The notes beneath the pieces were generated by a model. The model saw only the letters and a program-made list of their open reading frames with translations, was not told the origin of the DNA and ran no database searches. From Patescibacteria group bacterium (GTDB taxonomy: Bacteria; Patescibacteriota; Saccharimonadia; CAILAD01; BJGX01), in the NCBI GenBank assembly GCA_026397045.1, contig JAPLVO010000006.1, positions 1,706 through 65,705 on the forward strand: a stretch of 64,000 bases of DNA, written 5' to 3'. The translations under genes and the position numbers were made by a program. Of the stretch, positions 28,418-38,770 are shown one piece after another. Each line of letters opens with the position of its first letter. Position 1 is the first letter of the stretch.

Positions 28418-30816
28418 GGCCAGTATCCTACTCGAATTCTATAAGAGTTTCAAAGGCCAGATTGGCGAGCCATCTTAAGGATGGGTTCACTAAGTCCATT
28501 TTGCTGTTTTCGTGGCTACTTATCGCCCTGGGGGTAACCCTATACATCACCTCTCCGGTGAAACCAGCCATACTGCTAGCTAGCTTGGGTATTGTAGGTC
28601 TAATATTCTCGGTATGGGCAAGATGGGATTTGGGATCGGTAAGGGCAGTCTATAACCCTGATTCGTCAGAAATACTAATTGATGATGTTGCGACCGAGGA
28701 CATCGTATTCCTCGTAAACGATAAACAAAGCCCAAGGCAGGTATTATCGGCAATATCTAGTAATTGGCAGGTAGCATTTATACTCACTAGGTATCAGGTA
28801 GATATAGCTTTATTGGCAAGTTCGGTGTCTAATGACCCAGGCCAGTCCCAGGCTCTATGGAATCGGGCCTTTATGATTGCTGGCCAGGTTCCTATAAAAG
28901 AGATATCCTCCGGGGTTTTATTAGTAGCGATGTTTATTGAAAATCCAATAATGAAAGATTGGCTGCTAAAAAATGGTATGGATGTTCAGGATGTAATTGG
29001 CGGTTTAATGTGGGAGGAATCATTATGGAAGAGGATAATCAGCCCAAAGGCTCAAAATAACTACGGCGGTATTGGGCGCGACTGGTCATCTGGGTATACG
29101 CCAATATTGGACCATTATGGCCAGAATATTAGTATTGCAATAATGGATGGCAAGCAGGACTTCTCGAGTGTTCACAGAGGCAATGTGATAGAGCAAATAC
29201 TCACCAACTTGGCCAAGGCCGATAGGAACAACATTGCCATGGTGGGTGAGGTCGGAGTCGGCAAGACCGCTCTGGTGTATGCCTTAGCAGAAAAGCTGAT
29301 AGACGGCGAAGATGTACCTGACCAACTCAAGTATAAGCAAATTTTCCAAATGGATTCAGGTACCGTGACAGCTTCCGTAAGTAAGAATTTGAGCCTAGAG
29401 CTGATATTTAAGGAAATAATAAGCAATGTATCTAGGGCTGGGAATATAATGATTTATCTAGATGAAGCCCAGTTATTTTTCGGTACGGGGTCTGGCTCAG
29501 TAGATATATCAAGCATACTACTACCCGCCATAAAGGCTACGGGAATCAGTTTAATAGCTAGCTTTTCGCTGGACGACTGGAGTCGACTTAGCTCATCCAA
29601 CCCCAACCTAGCTAGTTTGTTTGCCAGGGTAGATGTCGAGCCTTCTGATAGAGAGCAAACTATCGGCATACTTCAGGATATTTCAATCCAGCTCGAAGCC
29701 AAGAATAAGGCCACTGTGACCTTTAAGGCTTTGCAGTCGGCCTATGATCTTTCAGAGCGTTACTTGCGCAATAAGGCTATGCCGGCAAGGGCGATAGATT
29801 TGCTTAGTGATAGCATGAGCTATGCTTCTGGGGGGCTGGTTACCGCAGAGTCAGTTGCCCGAGCTACCGAAATAATCACTAATACCAAGGTCAGCCAGGC
29901 ATCGGAAGCCGAAAAAACACAACTATTGAATCTGGAAGATTTAATCCATGAAAGAATGATTAATCAGAGTCAGGCTGTCAAGGTGGTATCTGACGCCTTA
30001 AGAAGGTCTAGGGCCGGTGTCCGAAACACTAATCGGCCAGTCGGTAGCTTTTTGTTCCTGGGCCCCACCGGAGTGGGTAAGACAGAACTTACTAAGGCCC
30101 TAGCAGCTGTGTACTACGGTAGTGAAGCCAGCATGAACAGACTAGATATGAGTGAGTACCAAAACAAAAGTGATATTAAGCGCTTGCTTGAATCAGCCGG
30201 CAAGACATCTAGCGGTAGTAGCTTTTTACAAAAGATCAATCAGAACCCATTTAGCGTCGTTTTGCTAGATGAAATTGAAAAGGCTCATCCAGATATCCTT
30301 AATCTTCTCCTTCAAATGCTTGACGAGGGTATGCTCACAGACACTGCTGGCCACAAGATAAGCTTTAAGGAAGCGATAATTATATGTACATCAAATGCTG
30401 GAGCTAACGATATCAGGGCTCAGATATCAGCTGGTAAAAAGCTCGAGGAATTTGAGGAAGAGCTGACAGATAAATTAATTGATCAAAATGTATTTAGGCC
30501 AGAATTAATCAATCGTTTCGATGAGATAGTGCTATTTAGGCCGCTTAATAAGGAGGAACTTTTGCAGGTGGCGAAATTGATTATTAAAGGAGTAAATAAG
30601 CAGCTGGAAGCCAAAAAAGTGACAGTAGTGTTAACCGACCCAGCCATGCTTACGCTAGTAGATCTCGGATATGACCCTCGTTTAGGAGCAAGGCCAATGC
30701 GTAGAGTGATATCTAGGTTGGTTGAAAACAAGGTGGCTCAAAAGCTTTTGAGTGGTGAACTCTCGCCTGGTTCGACCCTTACACTTGATGTAGGTGACCT
30801 AGAAGTTGTAGTATAG
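28414..30816 (+). CDS. membrane-anchored Clp/Hsp100-family AAA+ ATPase (ClpC/ClpA-like, two nucleotide-binding domains, no long M-domain)
   Basis: N-terminal TM helices; Clp_N-like repeats; NBD1 Walker A GEVGVGKTALV, Walker B IMIYLDEAQ; NBD2 Walker A GPTGVGKTEL, Walker B VVLLDEIEKAH, sensor-2 GARPMRR; an alternative TTG start at 28363 is possible. Confidence 0.8.
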   Translation: MRPVSYSNSIRVSKARLASHLKDGFTKSILLFSWLLIALGVTLYITSPVKPAILLASLGIVGLIFSVWARWDLGSVRAVYNPDSSEILIDDVATEDIVFLVNDKQSPRQVLSAISSNWQVAFILTRYQVDIALLASSVSNDPGQSQALWNRAFMIAGQVPIKEISSGVLLVAMFIENPIMKDWLLKNGMDVQDVIGGLMWEESLWKRIISPKAQNNYGGIGRDWSSGYTPILDHYGQNISIAIMDGKQDFSSVHRGNVIEQILTNLAKADRNNIAMVGEVGVGKTALVYALAEKLIDGEDVPDQLKYKQIFQMDSGTVTASVSKNLSLELIFKEIISNVSRAGNIMIYLDEAQLFFGTGSGSVDISSILLPAIKATGISLIASFSLDDWSRLSSSNPNLASLFARVDVEPSDREQTIGILQDISIQLEAKNKATVTFKALQSAYDLSERYLRNKAMPARAIDLLSDSMSYASGGLVTAESVARATEIITNTKVSQASEAEKTQLLNLEDLIHERMINQSQAVKVVSDALRRSRAGVRNTNRPVGSFLFLGPTGVGKTELTKALAAVYYGSEASMNRLDMSEYQNKSDIKRLLESAGKTSSGSSFLQKINQNPFSVVLLDEIEKAHPDILNLLLQMLDEGMLTDTAGHKISFKEAIIICTSNAGANDIRAQISAGKKLEEFEEELTDKLIDQNVFRPELINRFDEIVLFRPLNKEELLQVAKLIIKGVNKQLEAKKVTVVLTDPAMLTLVDLGYDPRLGARPMRRVISRLVENKVAQKLLSGELSPGSTLTLDVGDLEVVV

Positions 30817-30821
30817 AGACT

Positions 30822-31238
30822 ATGCCCCAATCAGTATTCACTAAAATTAAGAACAAAGAGGTGCCTGGCGTGATCCTTTATGACGACGGTAAATGCTTTG
30901 TGATTCTTTCGAATATGCCCCATGCCCCAGGTCACTTATTGGTAATACCGGTCGAGGAGATGGATAGTTGGCAGGACCTTGATACCAAAAGTTTCTTGCA
31001 CTTAATGGAAGTCGCTCAATACTTCGGCAGGGCCACCAAAGAGATCTATAGCCCACCGAAAGTTAGTTTGGTGGCCATTGGTTTTGAGGTCCCCCATGTG
31101 CATATTCACATATTTTCCTTATTTGGGGTGTCTGGTGCTGATCATACTAAGGCCAGCGCCGCTAATATGGAAGAACTTAGCAAAGAAGCCCTAAAGTTCG
31201 AAAAATATCTAAAGAAGACCAAAGGTAAGGTCTTATGA
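30822..31238 (+). CDS. HIT-family (histidine triad) nucleotide hydrolase
   Basis: 138 aa; HVHIHIFS histidine triad; HAPGHLLVIP. Confidence 0.85.
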   Translation: MPQSVFTKIKNKEVPGVILYDDGKCFVILSNMPHAPGHLLVIPVEEMDSWQDLDTKSFLHLMEVAQYFGRATKEIYSPPKVSLVAIGFEVPHVHIHIFSLFGVSGADHTKASAANMEELSKEALKFEKYLKKTKGKVL

Positions 31239-32023
31239 TGGCCGTATTGGTGGTTGTAACACTAGCTATACTCCAGGGCCTTACAGAGTTCTTGCCGATA
31301 TCGAGCTCTGGTCACTTGTTCCTGCTCCCCTGGGCCTTTAACCTGCCTAATCCAGGGCTATCCTTTGACGCCGCGATACATATCGGCACAGCCCTAGCAC
31401 TACTGATATTTTTCTGGAAAGATTTCTATAATCTTGTCAAAAAGCGAGATAAGCTAATAATTTATATATTAGTTGCCTCTATCCCAGCAGCGATAGTTGG
31501 GTTTCTGGGAGATAAATACATCGAGAAGTACTTATATCAGTCTAGTACGGCGCCGCTTGTTATCGGAATTGGACTAATTTTTTATGGAATAGTTATGTAT
31601 GTTATCGATCGAAATGCAAAACTGAAGGACGACATAAGCAGTGTCGGCGGTAAAAAGGCCTTAATTATTGGCTTTGCCCAAGTTCTGGCACTTATCCCCG
31701 GAACATCGCGTTCTGGTATTACAATATCTGCAGGTGAGTTCCTTGGTCTGAACCGCGAGTCAGCTGCTCGATTTAGCTTTCTATTGGCGACTCCGATATC
31801 TATGGGAGCGGGGCTATACAAATTCGGCCAGATTGTGTCTCAGCCCAGTGGCGGAGTTTCGATATGGCTGACGGTTTTAGGTATCGTAGTGGCTTTCTTT
31901 ACTGGCCTGGTAGTAATTAAGTGGCTACTGGAATACCTCAAAAGCCATTCTCTCTTGGTCTTCGTTTTATACCGTTTCGCTTTAGGATCCGCAGTGATAG
32001 CTCTATGGCTGGTAAAGGGTTAA
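31235..32023 (+). CDS. uppP: undecaprenyl-diphosphatase
   Basis: 262 aa; LQGLTEFLPISSSGHL and PGxSRSG motifs; 8 TM helices. Confidence 0.9.
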   Translation: MMAVLVVVTLAILQGLTEFLPISSSGHLFLLPWAFNLPNPGLSFDAAIHIGTALALLIFFWKDFYNLVKKRDKLIIYILVASIPAAIVGFLGDKYIEKYLYQSSTAPLVIGIGLIFYGIVMYVIDRNAKLKDDISSVGGKKALIIGFAQVLALIPGTSRSGITISAGEFLGLNRESAARFSFLLATPISMGAGLYKFGQIVSQPSGGVSIWLTVLGIVVAFFTGLVVIKWLLEYLKSHSLLVFVLYRFALGSAVIALWLVKG

Positions 32024-32024
32024 T

Positions 32025-32423
32025 ATGCGCTTAATAGTATACTGCGATGGCGGTTCAAGAGGTAATCCTGGCCCATCGGCTCTAGGTGTTGTCATAAAAA
32101 CATCAAAGGGTGAAATAATCGAAGAGATAGGTGAGTATCTGGGTGTACAGACCAATAATTTTGCCGAATATAGTGCAGTAGTAAGAGCCCTTGAGAGGCT
32201 AAATGAGATGAAGGTCTTGGAGGCTGATTTTTTCTTGGATAGCGAGCTAATAGTTAGGCAATTAAATGGTATCTATAAGGTCAAGAATGCCAATATAAAA
32301 CCCCTCAACAGTAGGGTTGTTGAGTTATGTAGTGGCATGGATACCACTTTTACTCATGTTTACCGCCAAGATAACAAGCAAGCTGATGCCGTCGTTAATG
32401 ATGTTTTAGATAGTATTAAATAG
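32025..32423 (+). CDS. rnhA: ribonuclease HI
   Basis: 132 aa; CDGGSRGNPGPSA, catalytic D/E/D residues. Confidence 0.85.
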   Translation: MRLIVYCDGGSRGNPGPSALGVVIKTSKGEIIEEIGEYLGVQTNNFAEYSAVVRALERLNEMKVLEADFFLDSELIVRQLNGIYKVKNANIKPLNSRVVELCSGMDTTFTHVYRQDNKQADAVVNDVLDSIK

Positions 32424-32467
32424 ACATTTACTTATAAATATCGTATAATATTATACACTGCAAGTTA

Positions 32468-32800
32468 GTGGATGGCTGCTCGTTTATAGCGAGAGGAAAG
32501 TCCGAACAGCATACAGCAACGGTAGTCGTTAACTGCGACCGGGAGTGATCCTCGGGAAAGTGCCACAGAGACTATTCCGCCTCAATTTTTTATTGGGGTA
32601 AGGGTGAAAAGAGTGGGGTAAGAGCCCACAGTACAGATAAGTGATTATCTGTAGAGGTAAACCCTACCGGCTGCAAGATTATGGGCCCTTCCGCTTGTCG
32701 GAAAGACTGCTTGTCTTCTTATGGGTATATCGCGCCATGTGGCAACACAGGTTTGCTGGCTTTTAGCCAGCCCAAGATAGATGGTCATCACCCCTCATCT
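32468..32800 (+). ncRNA. rnpB: RNase P RNA (bacterial type A), boundaries approximate
   Basis: GAGGAAAGUCCG (CR-I), GGGUGAAAAGAGUGGGGUAAGAGCCCAC (P10-P11 region), AACACAGG near the 3' end; followed by a strong hairpin. Confidence 0.8.
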
Positions 32801-32843
32801 TGATTCTGGAGTCCCAGCATCAAGATGAGGGGTACAAAATTCG
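32798..32843. terminator. hairpin terminator after rnpB (CACCCCTCATCTTGAT-n14-ATCAAGATGAGGGGT)
   Basis: 16-bp perfect inverted repeat; no clear U-run. Confidence 0.5.
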
Positions 32844-32896
32844 GCTTATAGCTAGCTTGCAGTAACAAATATCATTCGCATGGTTAATCTAGGCGA

Positions 32897-34351
32897 ATGA
32901 TATTTGTTAAAAATGGTACAATAACAACTATGAGAAAACGCAGTGAATTATTGATATCATTAATTCAGATACCAGTTGACTACATTATGCTGGTAGTTAG
33001 CTTTACTTTGGCTTACTTCTTGAGGCAGGGTAGCGGCAAGCCATTCTCGGGGATTATTAGTGGTTATGCATATTTAGACCTAGTGATGTTGTTTTTACCC
33101 ATATGGCTAATTATATTCGCCGGCGCAGGGCTTTACAGGATACGCTCAGATCGAGGCAATTGGGTGGATATAGGTAAGATATTCGTGGCTTGTGCTGCAG
33201 GCGTTATGGTACTTATTGTAATCGACTTTCTAAGCCCCTCTCCCATATTCCCAGCTAAAATCGTACCAATCTATGGCTTCGTGCTCTCTGTAGTTCTAGT
33301 GAGCTTAGGAAGGCTCATAATGACTTTGATTCAACGGACCCTGGCGCTGCGAGGGATCGGAGTATACAGAGTTCTTTTTATAGGTAGTGGAAGAAATGCA
33401 GTAGAGTTAAAATCCACACTGAAGCAGTTTAAGAGGCGATATCAGGTAGTATCTAGTATTTCATCATTATCAGAGGTCAGTACCTCGAAACTTTCAAATA
33501 TTATCAGCCTTAAGCATGTAGATATTATCATGGTGGCTGATCCCTCGACCAACGAAGAAAACCTATTAGAAATTCTGGCTTTTTGTCAGCAAAATCACAT
33601 CGGCTATCAGTTTTCACCAACGATATCAGGGCTTTACACCTCCAATATCCTCTCCACCCAGATTGGTTCGATCCCAATCCTTGAGCTTAGGCCCACACCC
33701 TTGGAGGGATGGGGCAGGATTCTAAAAAGATTATTCGATTTAATTGTCACTTTGATAATTATAATTCCAGTTCTACCGGTATTGGCCTTGCTTTATCTGA
33801 TTATAAAGGCCACTGACCCTGGTCCAGCAATTTATTCCCACGAATGTTTTGGCAGAACTGGCAACAAGATTAATGTATACAAATTGAGGACAATGAAGGC
33901 AGAATTCAGTATTGGGCCAAAATTTGCTGGGCGTACCATTCAGGAGGTATTGAAGCTTTTACCCAAGGACAAGGCCGATGAATATAGGGCCACAGCCAAA
34001 ATTAAAGACGATCCAAGGGTTGGCCGATTCGGCCGGTTCTTGCGCCGAACTAGCCTTGATGAACTCCCGCAACTTTTTAATGTTCTCAAGGGGGATCTAA
34101 GCCTAGTAGGCCCTAGGCCTTTACCCGAATCTGAGCTGGGTTTGCTGGGGGGCAAGCAAAATCTGGCTAGAATTGTAGCCATAAGGCCAGGTATTACCGG
34201 CCTCTGGCAAGTCTCTGGTAGAAATGATCTTGAATATTATGAACGAGTAAAACTGAATTTATATTACATTGATAACTGGTCTTTGTGGCTAGATATCAAG
34301 ATAATATTCAAGACGATTTGGCAGGCGGTAATAGGCAGTAATGGAGTATAA
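32897..34351 (+). CDS. polyprenyl glycosylphosphotransferase (bacterial sugar transferase, WbaP/CpsE family) priming polysaccharide synthesis
   Basis: 484 aa; N-terminal TM helices; C-terminal KRLFDL...PGPAIY...KLRTM...DELPQLFNVLKGDLSLVGPRP catalytic domain; start may be the internal ATG near 32930. Confidence 0.85.
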   Translation: MIFVKNGTITTMRKRSELLISLIQIPVDYIMLVVSFTLAYFLRQGSGKPFSGIISGYAYLDLVMLFLPIWLIIFAGAGLYRIRSDRGNWVDIGKIFVACAAGVMVLIVIDFLSPSPIFPAKIVPIYGFVLSVVLVSLGRLIMTLIQRTLALRGIGVYRVLFIGSGRNAVELKSTLKQFKRRYQVVSSISSLSEVSTSKLSNIISLKHVDIIMVADPSTNEENLLEILAFCQQNHIGYQFSPTISGLYTSNILSTQIGSIPILELRPTPLEGWGRILKRLFDLIVTLIIIIPVLPVLALLYLIIKATDPGPAIYSHECFGRTGNKINVYKLRTMKAEFSIGPKFAGRTIQEVLKLLPKDKADEYRATAKIKDDPRVGRFGRFLRRTSLDELPQLFNVLKGDLSLVGPRPLPESELGLLGGKQNLARIVAIRPGITGLWQVSGRNDLEYYERVKLNLYYIDNWSLWLDIKIIFKTIWQAVIGSNGV

Positions 34352-35474
34352 AAAAAGTCTTTCAGGCCTGAAGGTAGCTATAGTACACGACTGGATGGTG
34401 GGCTTAGGTGGCGCCGAAAGAGTTGTAGGAAGTATGCTGAAGCTATTGCCACAGGCCGACATCTATACTAGCGTGTACTCACCAGATAAGCTGCAGTTAT
34501 TTGCTGGCCACAAGATCAATACGACATTTCTGCAGAATTGGCCTTTGTCACGGAGCAAACATCAGCTATTCTCAGCCCTTAGGCCTCTCGCATTCGAGAG
34601 TTTAGATTTAAGCAATTACGACCTAGTCTTATCTAGCTCAAGCGCAGAATCTAAAGGAGTGATCACCCCCACCTCGACACTCCATATAAGCTATATTCAT
34701 ACCCCTACAAGGTACTATTGGAGCGGGTATAGTGATTATTTGGCAGAGCCGGGCTTTGGAGTGTTAAATCCGATAGTAAGGTTACTCATGCCTAGTTTAG
34801 TTCGCCGACTCCGTAAATGGGACTTTGCCGCCGCGCAGAGGCCTGATTATTTGGTGGCAAATTCTAATGTTGTCTCGGCCAGGATTAGTGAGTATTATAA
34901 TCGCCCAAGCCAAACGATCAGGCCTCCTGTAGACACAGATCGCTTCAGGAACGACAGGGAGAATCAGCAAGGGGATTATCTATTGGTTGTATCCAGGCTA
35001 GTGCCCTATAAGAGGGTTGATTTGGCCGTCAAGGCCTGTAATAAATTAGGCTTAAAGCTAATTGTAGCTGGCCGAGGGCCAGAGCTCTCTAGGCTTAAAA
35101 AGCTTGCTGGTAGTACGGTTAGCTTTGTGGAGAGCCCGTCTGATAGCCAGATAACCAAGCTGTATTTAGGTGCCCGTGGCTTCATATTCTCTGCTGAAGA
35201 AGACTTCGGGATTACTCCTGTCGAGGCGATGTCAGCTGGACTACCGGTGATTTGCTTTGGCGAGGCTGGCGCCACAGAGACGGTCATTGATGGGGCTACT
35301 GGGGTTTATCATGCCAATCAGACCGTCGCTAGCCTTGTCGAGGCGATAGGTAAATTCGAAGCTACCAAGTTTGATCGCGGCACGATAGTTAAAAGAGCAA
35401 AGATGTTCTCAGAGAGCAGGTTTTTAGACGAGTTAGGAGGATACATTGCCGATAAGATCTCAAAAAAACCATAG
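34341..35474 (+). CDS. family-4 glycosyltransferase (GT-B fold)
   Basis: 377 aa; C-terminal EDFGITPVEAMSAGLPVI (E-x7-E region). Confidence 0.8.
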   Translation: MEYKKSLSGLKVAIVHDWMVGLGGAERVVGSMLKLLPQADIYTSVYSPDKLQLFAGHKINTTFLQNWPLSRSKHQLFSALRPLAFESLDLSNYDLVLSSSSAESKGVITPTSTLHISYIHTPTRYYWSGYSDYLAEPGFGVLNPIVRLLMPSLVRRLRKWDFAAAQRPDYLVANSNVVSARISEYYNRPSQTIRPPVDTDRFRNDRENQQGDYLLVVSRLVPYKRVDLAVKACNKLGLKLIVAGRGPELSRLKKLAGSTVSFVESPSDSQITKLYLGARGFIFSAEEDFGITPVEAMSAGLPVICFGEAGATETVIDGATGVYHANQTVASLVEAIGKFEATKFDRGTIVKRAKMFSESRFLDELGGYIADKISKKP

Positions 35475-35685
35475 AGCCGTCAAGTTAGTATTGTCTGGGC
35501 TAATGGTAGTTACTCTGTTGGTGCTGGCTTCTTTAGTGCCATCTGTGATAGATAAAGTTGTGATTAATACAACTAAAATAAACGACTACAGAGTTATATC
35601 CAACAATTTGTTAGGCCTTGATAAGCCCGTAAACATACTTTTGCTTTTTGAGAATAACGCTGAAGATAAAACCAGAGCCCGTTAG
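35446..35685 (+). CDS. hypothetical single-TM protein; possibly the N-terminal fragment of the downstream gene (frameshift)
   Basis: 79 aa with a TM helix and a PVNILLLFENN motif resembling the LytR-CpsA-Psr N-terminal signature; 3' end overlaps the 35648 ORF in another frame. Confidence 0.35.
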   Translation: MPIRSQKNHRAVKLVLSGLMVVTLLVLASLVPSVIDKVVINTTKINDYRVISNNLLGLDKPVNILLLFENNAEDKTRAR

Positions 35686-36814
35686 ATCGGTTTATTATTA
35701 CGACTACAAGTTTAAAGAGGTAAACTATGTAGAGCCTGCTCCGGACGCCAAGGGCGAACCAATGCTTTATACCCTACGAGACAGTGGCCAGAGCCTAGAT
35801 TGGCCAGCCAATGCAAAGCGAGCAAAGACTATATTTAGCCGTGAATCCGGACTGGAAGTTGATATAGTTGTCGCAATTACACCAGAAATACTTAAGCAGC
35901 TAATTTCAGATACGGGCCCTATTGTTCTTGAAGGTTATGGCCTAACCGTAACCGCTGATAATATTACTCAGACCCTTCAGCTAGAAGTTGAGTCCGGCCA
36001 GGATAAGGTGGAAAGGAAGGACCCCAAAACGGTCCTATCTAGCGTAGCAAATGAGCTAATAAAGAGACTAAGTGAAAAGTCAGTCAATGATCTAACAAAA
36101 ATTGGTTCCAGCCTAAGAGACCAGGCAAAGCAGAGGCAGATATTGGTCTATGGTAGTAATTATGATCTAGCTGAAAGCTTATCCAGGCTTGGGTATGATG
36201 GGTCCTTGGTGGCATTTGAATCAGATTACTTCTTGCTAACAGAGAATAATTATAGCGTCGACAAAAGTAACGCTTTTATAACTAGACAGCTTGACCGTAA
36301 GCTAGCTATCGACCCAGATGGCAGCGTGACTGTAGATGTCAAACTGACACGGACCCAGAACTTGGAGCAATCATTCCCTTATGTCGACCCAGTTGATCAA
36401 GGCACCACATTCTTGGTTAAGAGTAATAAGAGTTACATGAAGTTTGCCGTCCCAGCTGGCTCCAAGCTGGATTCAACAAAGTCAAATATAGATATAGAGT
36501 ACAAGGGTAAAGAACGAGGGTATGATGTTTATGGCTTTAATAGCGAGCTAGTACCGCTGGAACCTTCAGAGTATACTTTCAGCTACAAATTACCATATAT
36601 CTTAGCCGATGACGACACTATGACCTTGAATTCATTTATCCAGCTTCAGAATGGTGGCTGGCCATACCAAATAAGAAACAGTGTCGTGGTGCCAAAGGAG
36701 TGGCAATTAAGCGCATCAAACAAGAAAGACCTATTTTATGACCAAGGATCGGTTGTGTATGATAGTATTATTGATAGAGACTTATACATGAGTTACATAT
36801 ATGTTAAAAAATAA
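35648..36814 (+). CDS. hypothetical secreted/extracytoplasmic protein (possibly LCP- or DUF4012-like); may be fused with 35446-35685
   Basis: 388 aa; no strong motifs recognised; lies between glycan-synthesis genes and an ABC exporter. Confidence 0.4.
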   Translation: MRITLKIKPEPVRSVYYYDYKFKEVNYVEPAPDAKGEPMLYTLRDSGQSLDWPANAKRAKTIFSRESGLEVDIVVAITPEILKQLISDTGPIVLEGYGLTVTADNITQTLQLEVESGQDKVERKDPKTVLSSVANELIKRLSEKSVNDLTKIGSSLRDQAKQRQILVYGSNYDLAESLSRLGYDGSLVAFESDYFLLTENNYSVDKSNAFITRQLDRKLAIDPDGSVTVDVKLTRTQNLEQSFPYVDPVDQGTTFLVKSNKSYMKFAVPAGSKLDSTKSNIDIEYKGKERGYDVYGFNSELVPLEPSEYTFSYKLPYILADDDTMTLNSFIQLQNGGWPYQIRNSVVVPKEWQLSASNKKDLFYDQGSVVYDSIIDRDLYMSYIYVKK

Positions 36815-37502
36815 ACCAACAGATGCCATAACGCTAGGGGATCTTAGCAAGCGCTTCGATGACGAGGCCGGTATATATGATGCCTTGAAGGGTATCGACT
36901 TAACTGTACATAAAGGTGAGTTTGTGGCAATCATGGGCCCATCAGGATCGGGTAAATCGACCCTAATGAATATAATAGGCTTATTGGATCGGCCGACTCA
37001 GGGGACCTATTTGCTTGATGGCGTAGACACTAACTCCCTCAGCAATCAGGATCTTGCCAAGCTGCGCAGAGATAAGATCGGTTTCGTATTTCAAAACTTT
37101 AATTTATTGCCCAGACTAAATATCAGGCAAAATGTAGAAATGCCGTTGATTTATAAGCGGGTAGCGGCTAAAGAGCGTGAGGATAAGGTTATTAAAGCCC
37201 TTTCGAGTGTCGGCCTATTAGATAAGATCAACAATAGGCCCAATAGGATGAGTGGAGGTCAGATTCAAAGAGCTGCAATCGCCAGGGCCCTTATTAATGA
37301 CCCAAGTATTATTTTGGCAGATGAGCCAACTGGTAATCTGGATACCAAAACTGGCAAAGAAATTATGAATATAATAAAGTCGCTTAACAACAAAGGGGCA
37401 ACAATCATACTCGTGACTCATAACCCCGAGGTAAGCCATTTTGCGGATCGAACCATAGTGGTGCGGGATGGCCTTATAAAAGCAGGGGGAGCTGTAGAAT
37501 GA
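36801..37502 (+). CDS. ABC transporter ATP-binding protein (MacB/LolD-type)
   Basis: 233 aa; Walker A GPSGSGKST, signature MSGGQIQR, Walker B ILADEPTGNLD. Confidence 0.9.
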   Translation: MLKNKPTDAITLGDLSKRFDDEAGIYDALKGIDLTVHKGEFVAIMGPSGSGKSTLMNIIGLLDRPTQGTYLLDGVDTNSLSNQDLAKLRRDKIGFVFQNFNLLPRLNIRQNVEMPLIYKRVAAKEREDKVIKALSSVGLLDKINNRPNRMSGGQIQRAAIARALINDPSIILADEPTGNLDTKTGKEIMNIIKSLNNKGATIILVTHNPEVSHFADRTIVVRDGLIKAGGAVE

Positions 37503-38740
37503 TCTGGCAGAATATCAAAAATGCCCTAATATCTATTAGGTCTGCCAAGCTTAGATCGTTTTTGACCGTGATGGGCGTGGTCATTGGCGTTTTTGCAGTT
37601 TTAGTTATGGTCGCAGCCGGAGATGGGGTAAAGGCTCAGATAGGCGGCCAGGTATCTAGCCTGGGAACTAATGTGCTAACTATCACATCGGGTAAAGTCG
37701 GCCAGTCCAGCACTGCAAAGAATGGCCAGCAGCAGAAATCCTCGGGTCTTAATTTATCGAGTGCTTTAGGCGCGAGTACGCTTACGAGCATTGATTTACG
37801 AACTGTCGAGGAAACTAAAGATGTTGTAAAAGTATCTAGCTTTAGTATTATTTCAACTTCTGTCTCGAGAGCCAATCTTAGCAGTAGTACAGCAGTGGTG
37901 GTAGCCACCGATCCAAACTATTTTGATATCAGGAGTATCAAGCTGTCCCAGGGTAGAGCTATAAGTGACGAAGATATGGAGCGGTCAAATCAGGTTGTAG
38001 TTATTGGGCCTGATACCAAATCTAACCTCTTTGGAGACCAGGATCCGATCGGCCAGAGCATTAGCTTGAGAGGAAAGGATTATGAGGTAGTGGGTGTCAC
38101 TGCCAAATCTGATGGTGGCGTAAGTATTGGCTCTAGCTCTGACGATATTATTTTACTTCCTTCGACTTCTGCAGAGTTGCTGCTCGGTAAGCTAGATATT
38201 TACAGAATTATCGCTCAGGTAAATGACGCTGACAATGTCGACTCTGTTAAGGCATCACTGGAGCAGTCGATAACACAGAATCATTCAGGAAGTAACGATT
38301 TTAGTGTCCTTACCCAAGAAGACCTACTAAGCACATTTAATAGTATCCTAGATGTCTTGACTACATTCGTAGTAGCTATAGCAGCGATCAGCCTACTAGT
38401 AGGGGGTATAGGCATAATGAATATTATGTTGGTGACTGTGACGGAGAGGACCAGGGAAATCGGTATTCGCAAGGCTCTGGGTGCAACTTTTGGAAATATT
38501 ATGGGTCAGTTTTTAATGGAGTCAATTATTATATCTCTGATCGGAGGTCTGCTCGGGCTCCTGCTATCCTATTTAGCCGGGTTTGTCATCAAAGAGCTAG
38601 CTGACATCACACCAGTGTATAGCCTTAAAGCGCTAGTGGTGGCCTTAGGGGTAAGTTTAACCATCGGGATAGTGTTTGGAACAGCCCCTGCCGTTAAGGC
38701 GGCCAGAAAGAGCCCCATACAGGCTCTTAAGTCCCTCTAG
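37499..38740 (+). CDS. ABC transporter permease, FtsX/MacB-type, with large periplasmic domain
   Basis: 413 aa; N-terminal TM, MacB_PCD-like region, three C-terminal TM helices; 4-nt overlap with the ATPase gene. Confidence 0.85.
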   Translation: MIWQNIKNALISIRSAKLRSFLTVMGVVIGVFAVLVMVAAGDGVKAQIGGQVSSLGTNVLTITSGKVGQSSTAKNGQQQKSSGLNLSSALGASTLTSIDLRTVEETKDVVKVSSFSIISTSVSRANLSSSTAVVVATDPNYFDIRSIKLSQGRAISDEDMERSNQVVVIGPDTKSNLFGDQDPIGQSISLRGKDYEVVGVTAKSDGGVSIGSSSDDIILLPSTSAELLLGKLDIYRIIAQVNDADNVDSVKASLEQSITQNHSGSNDFSVLTQEDLLSTFNSILDVLTTFVVAIAAISLLVGGIGIMNIMLVTVTERTREIGIRKALGATFGNIMGQFLMESIIISLIGGLLGLLLSYLAGFVIKELADITPVYSLKALVVALGVSLTIGIVFGTAPAVKAARKSPIQALKSL

Positions 38741-38770
38741 CTATTAAAATAAATAGAAATGCTTCGCGAA

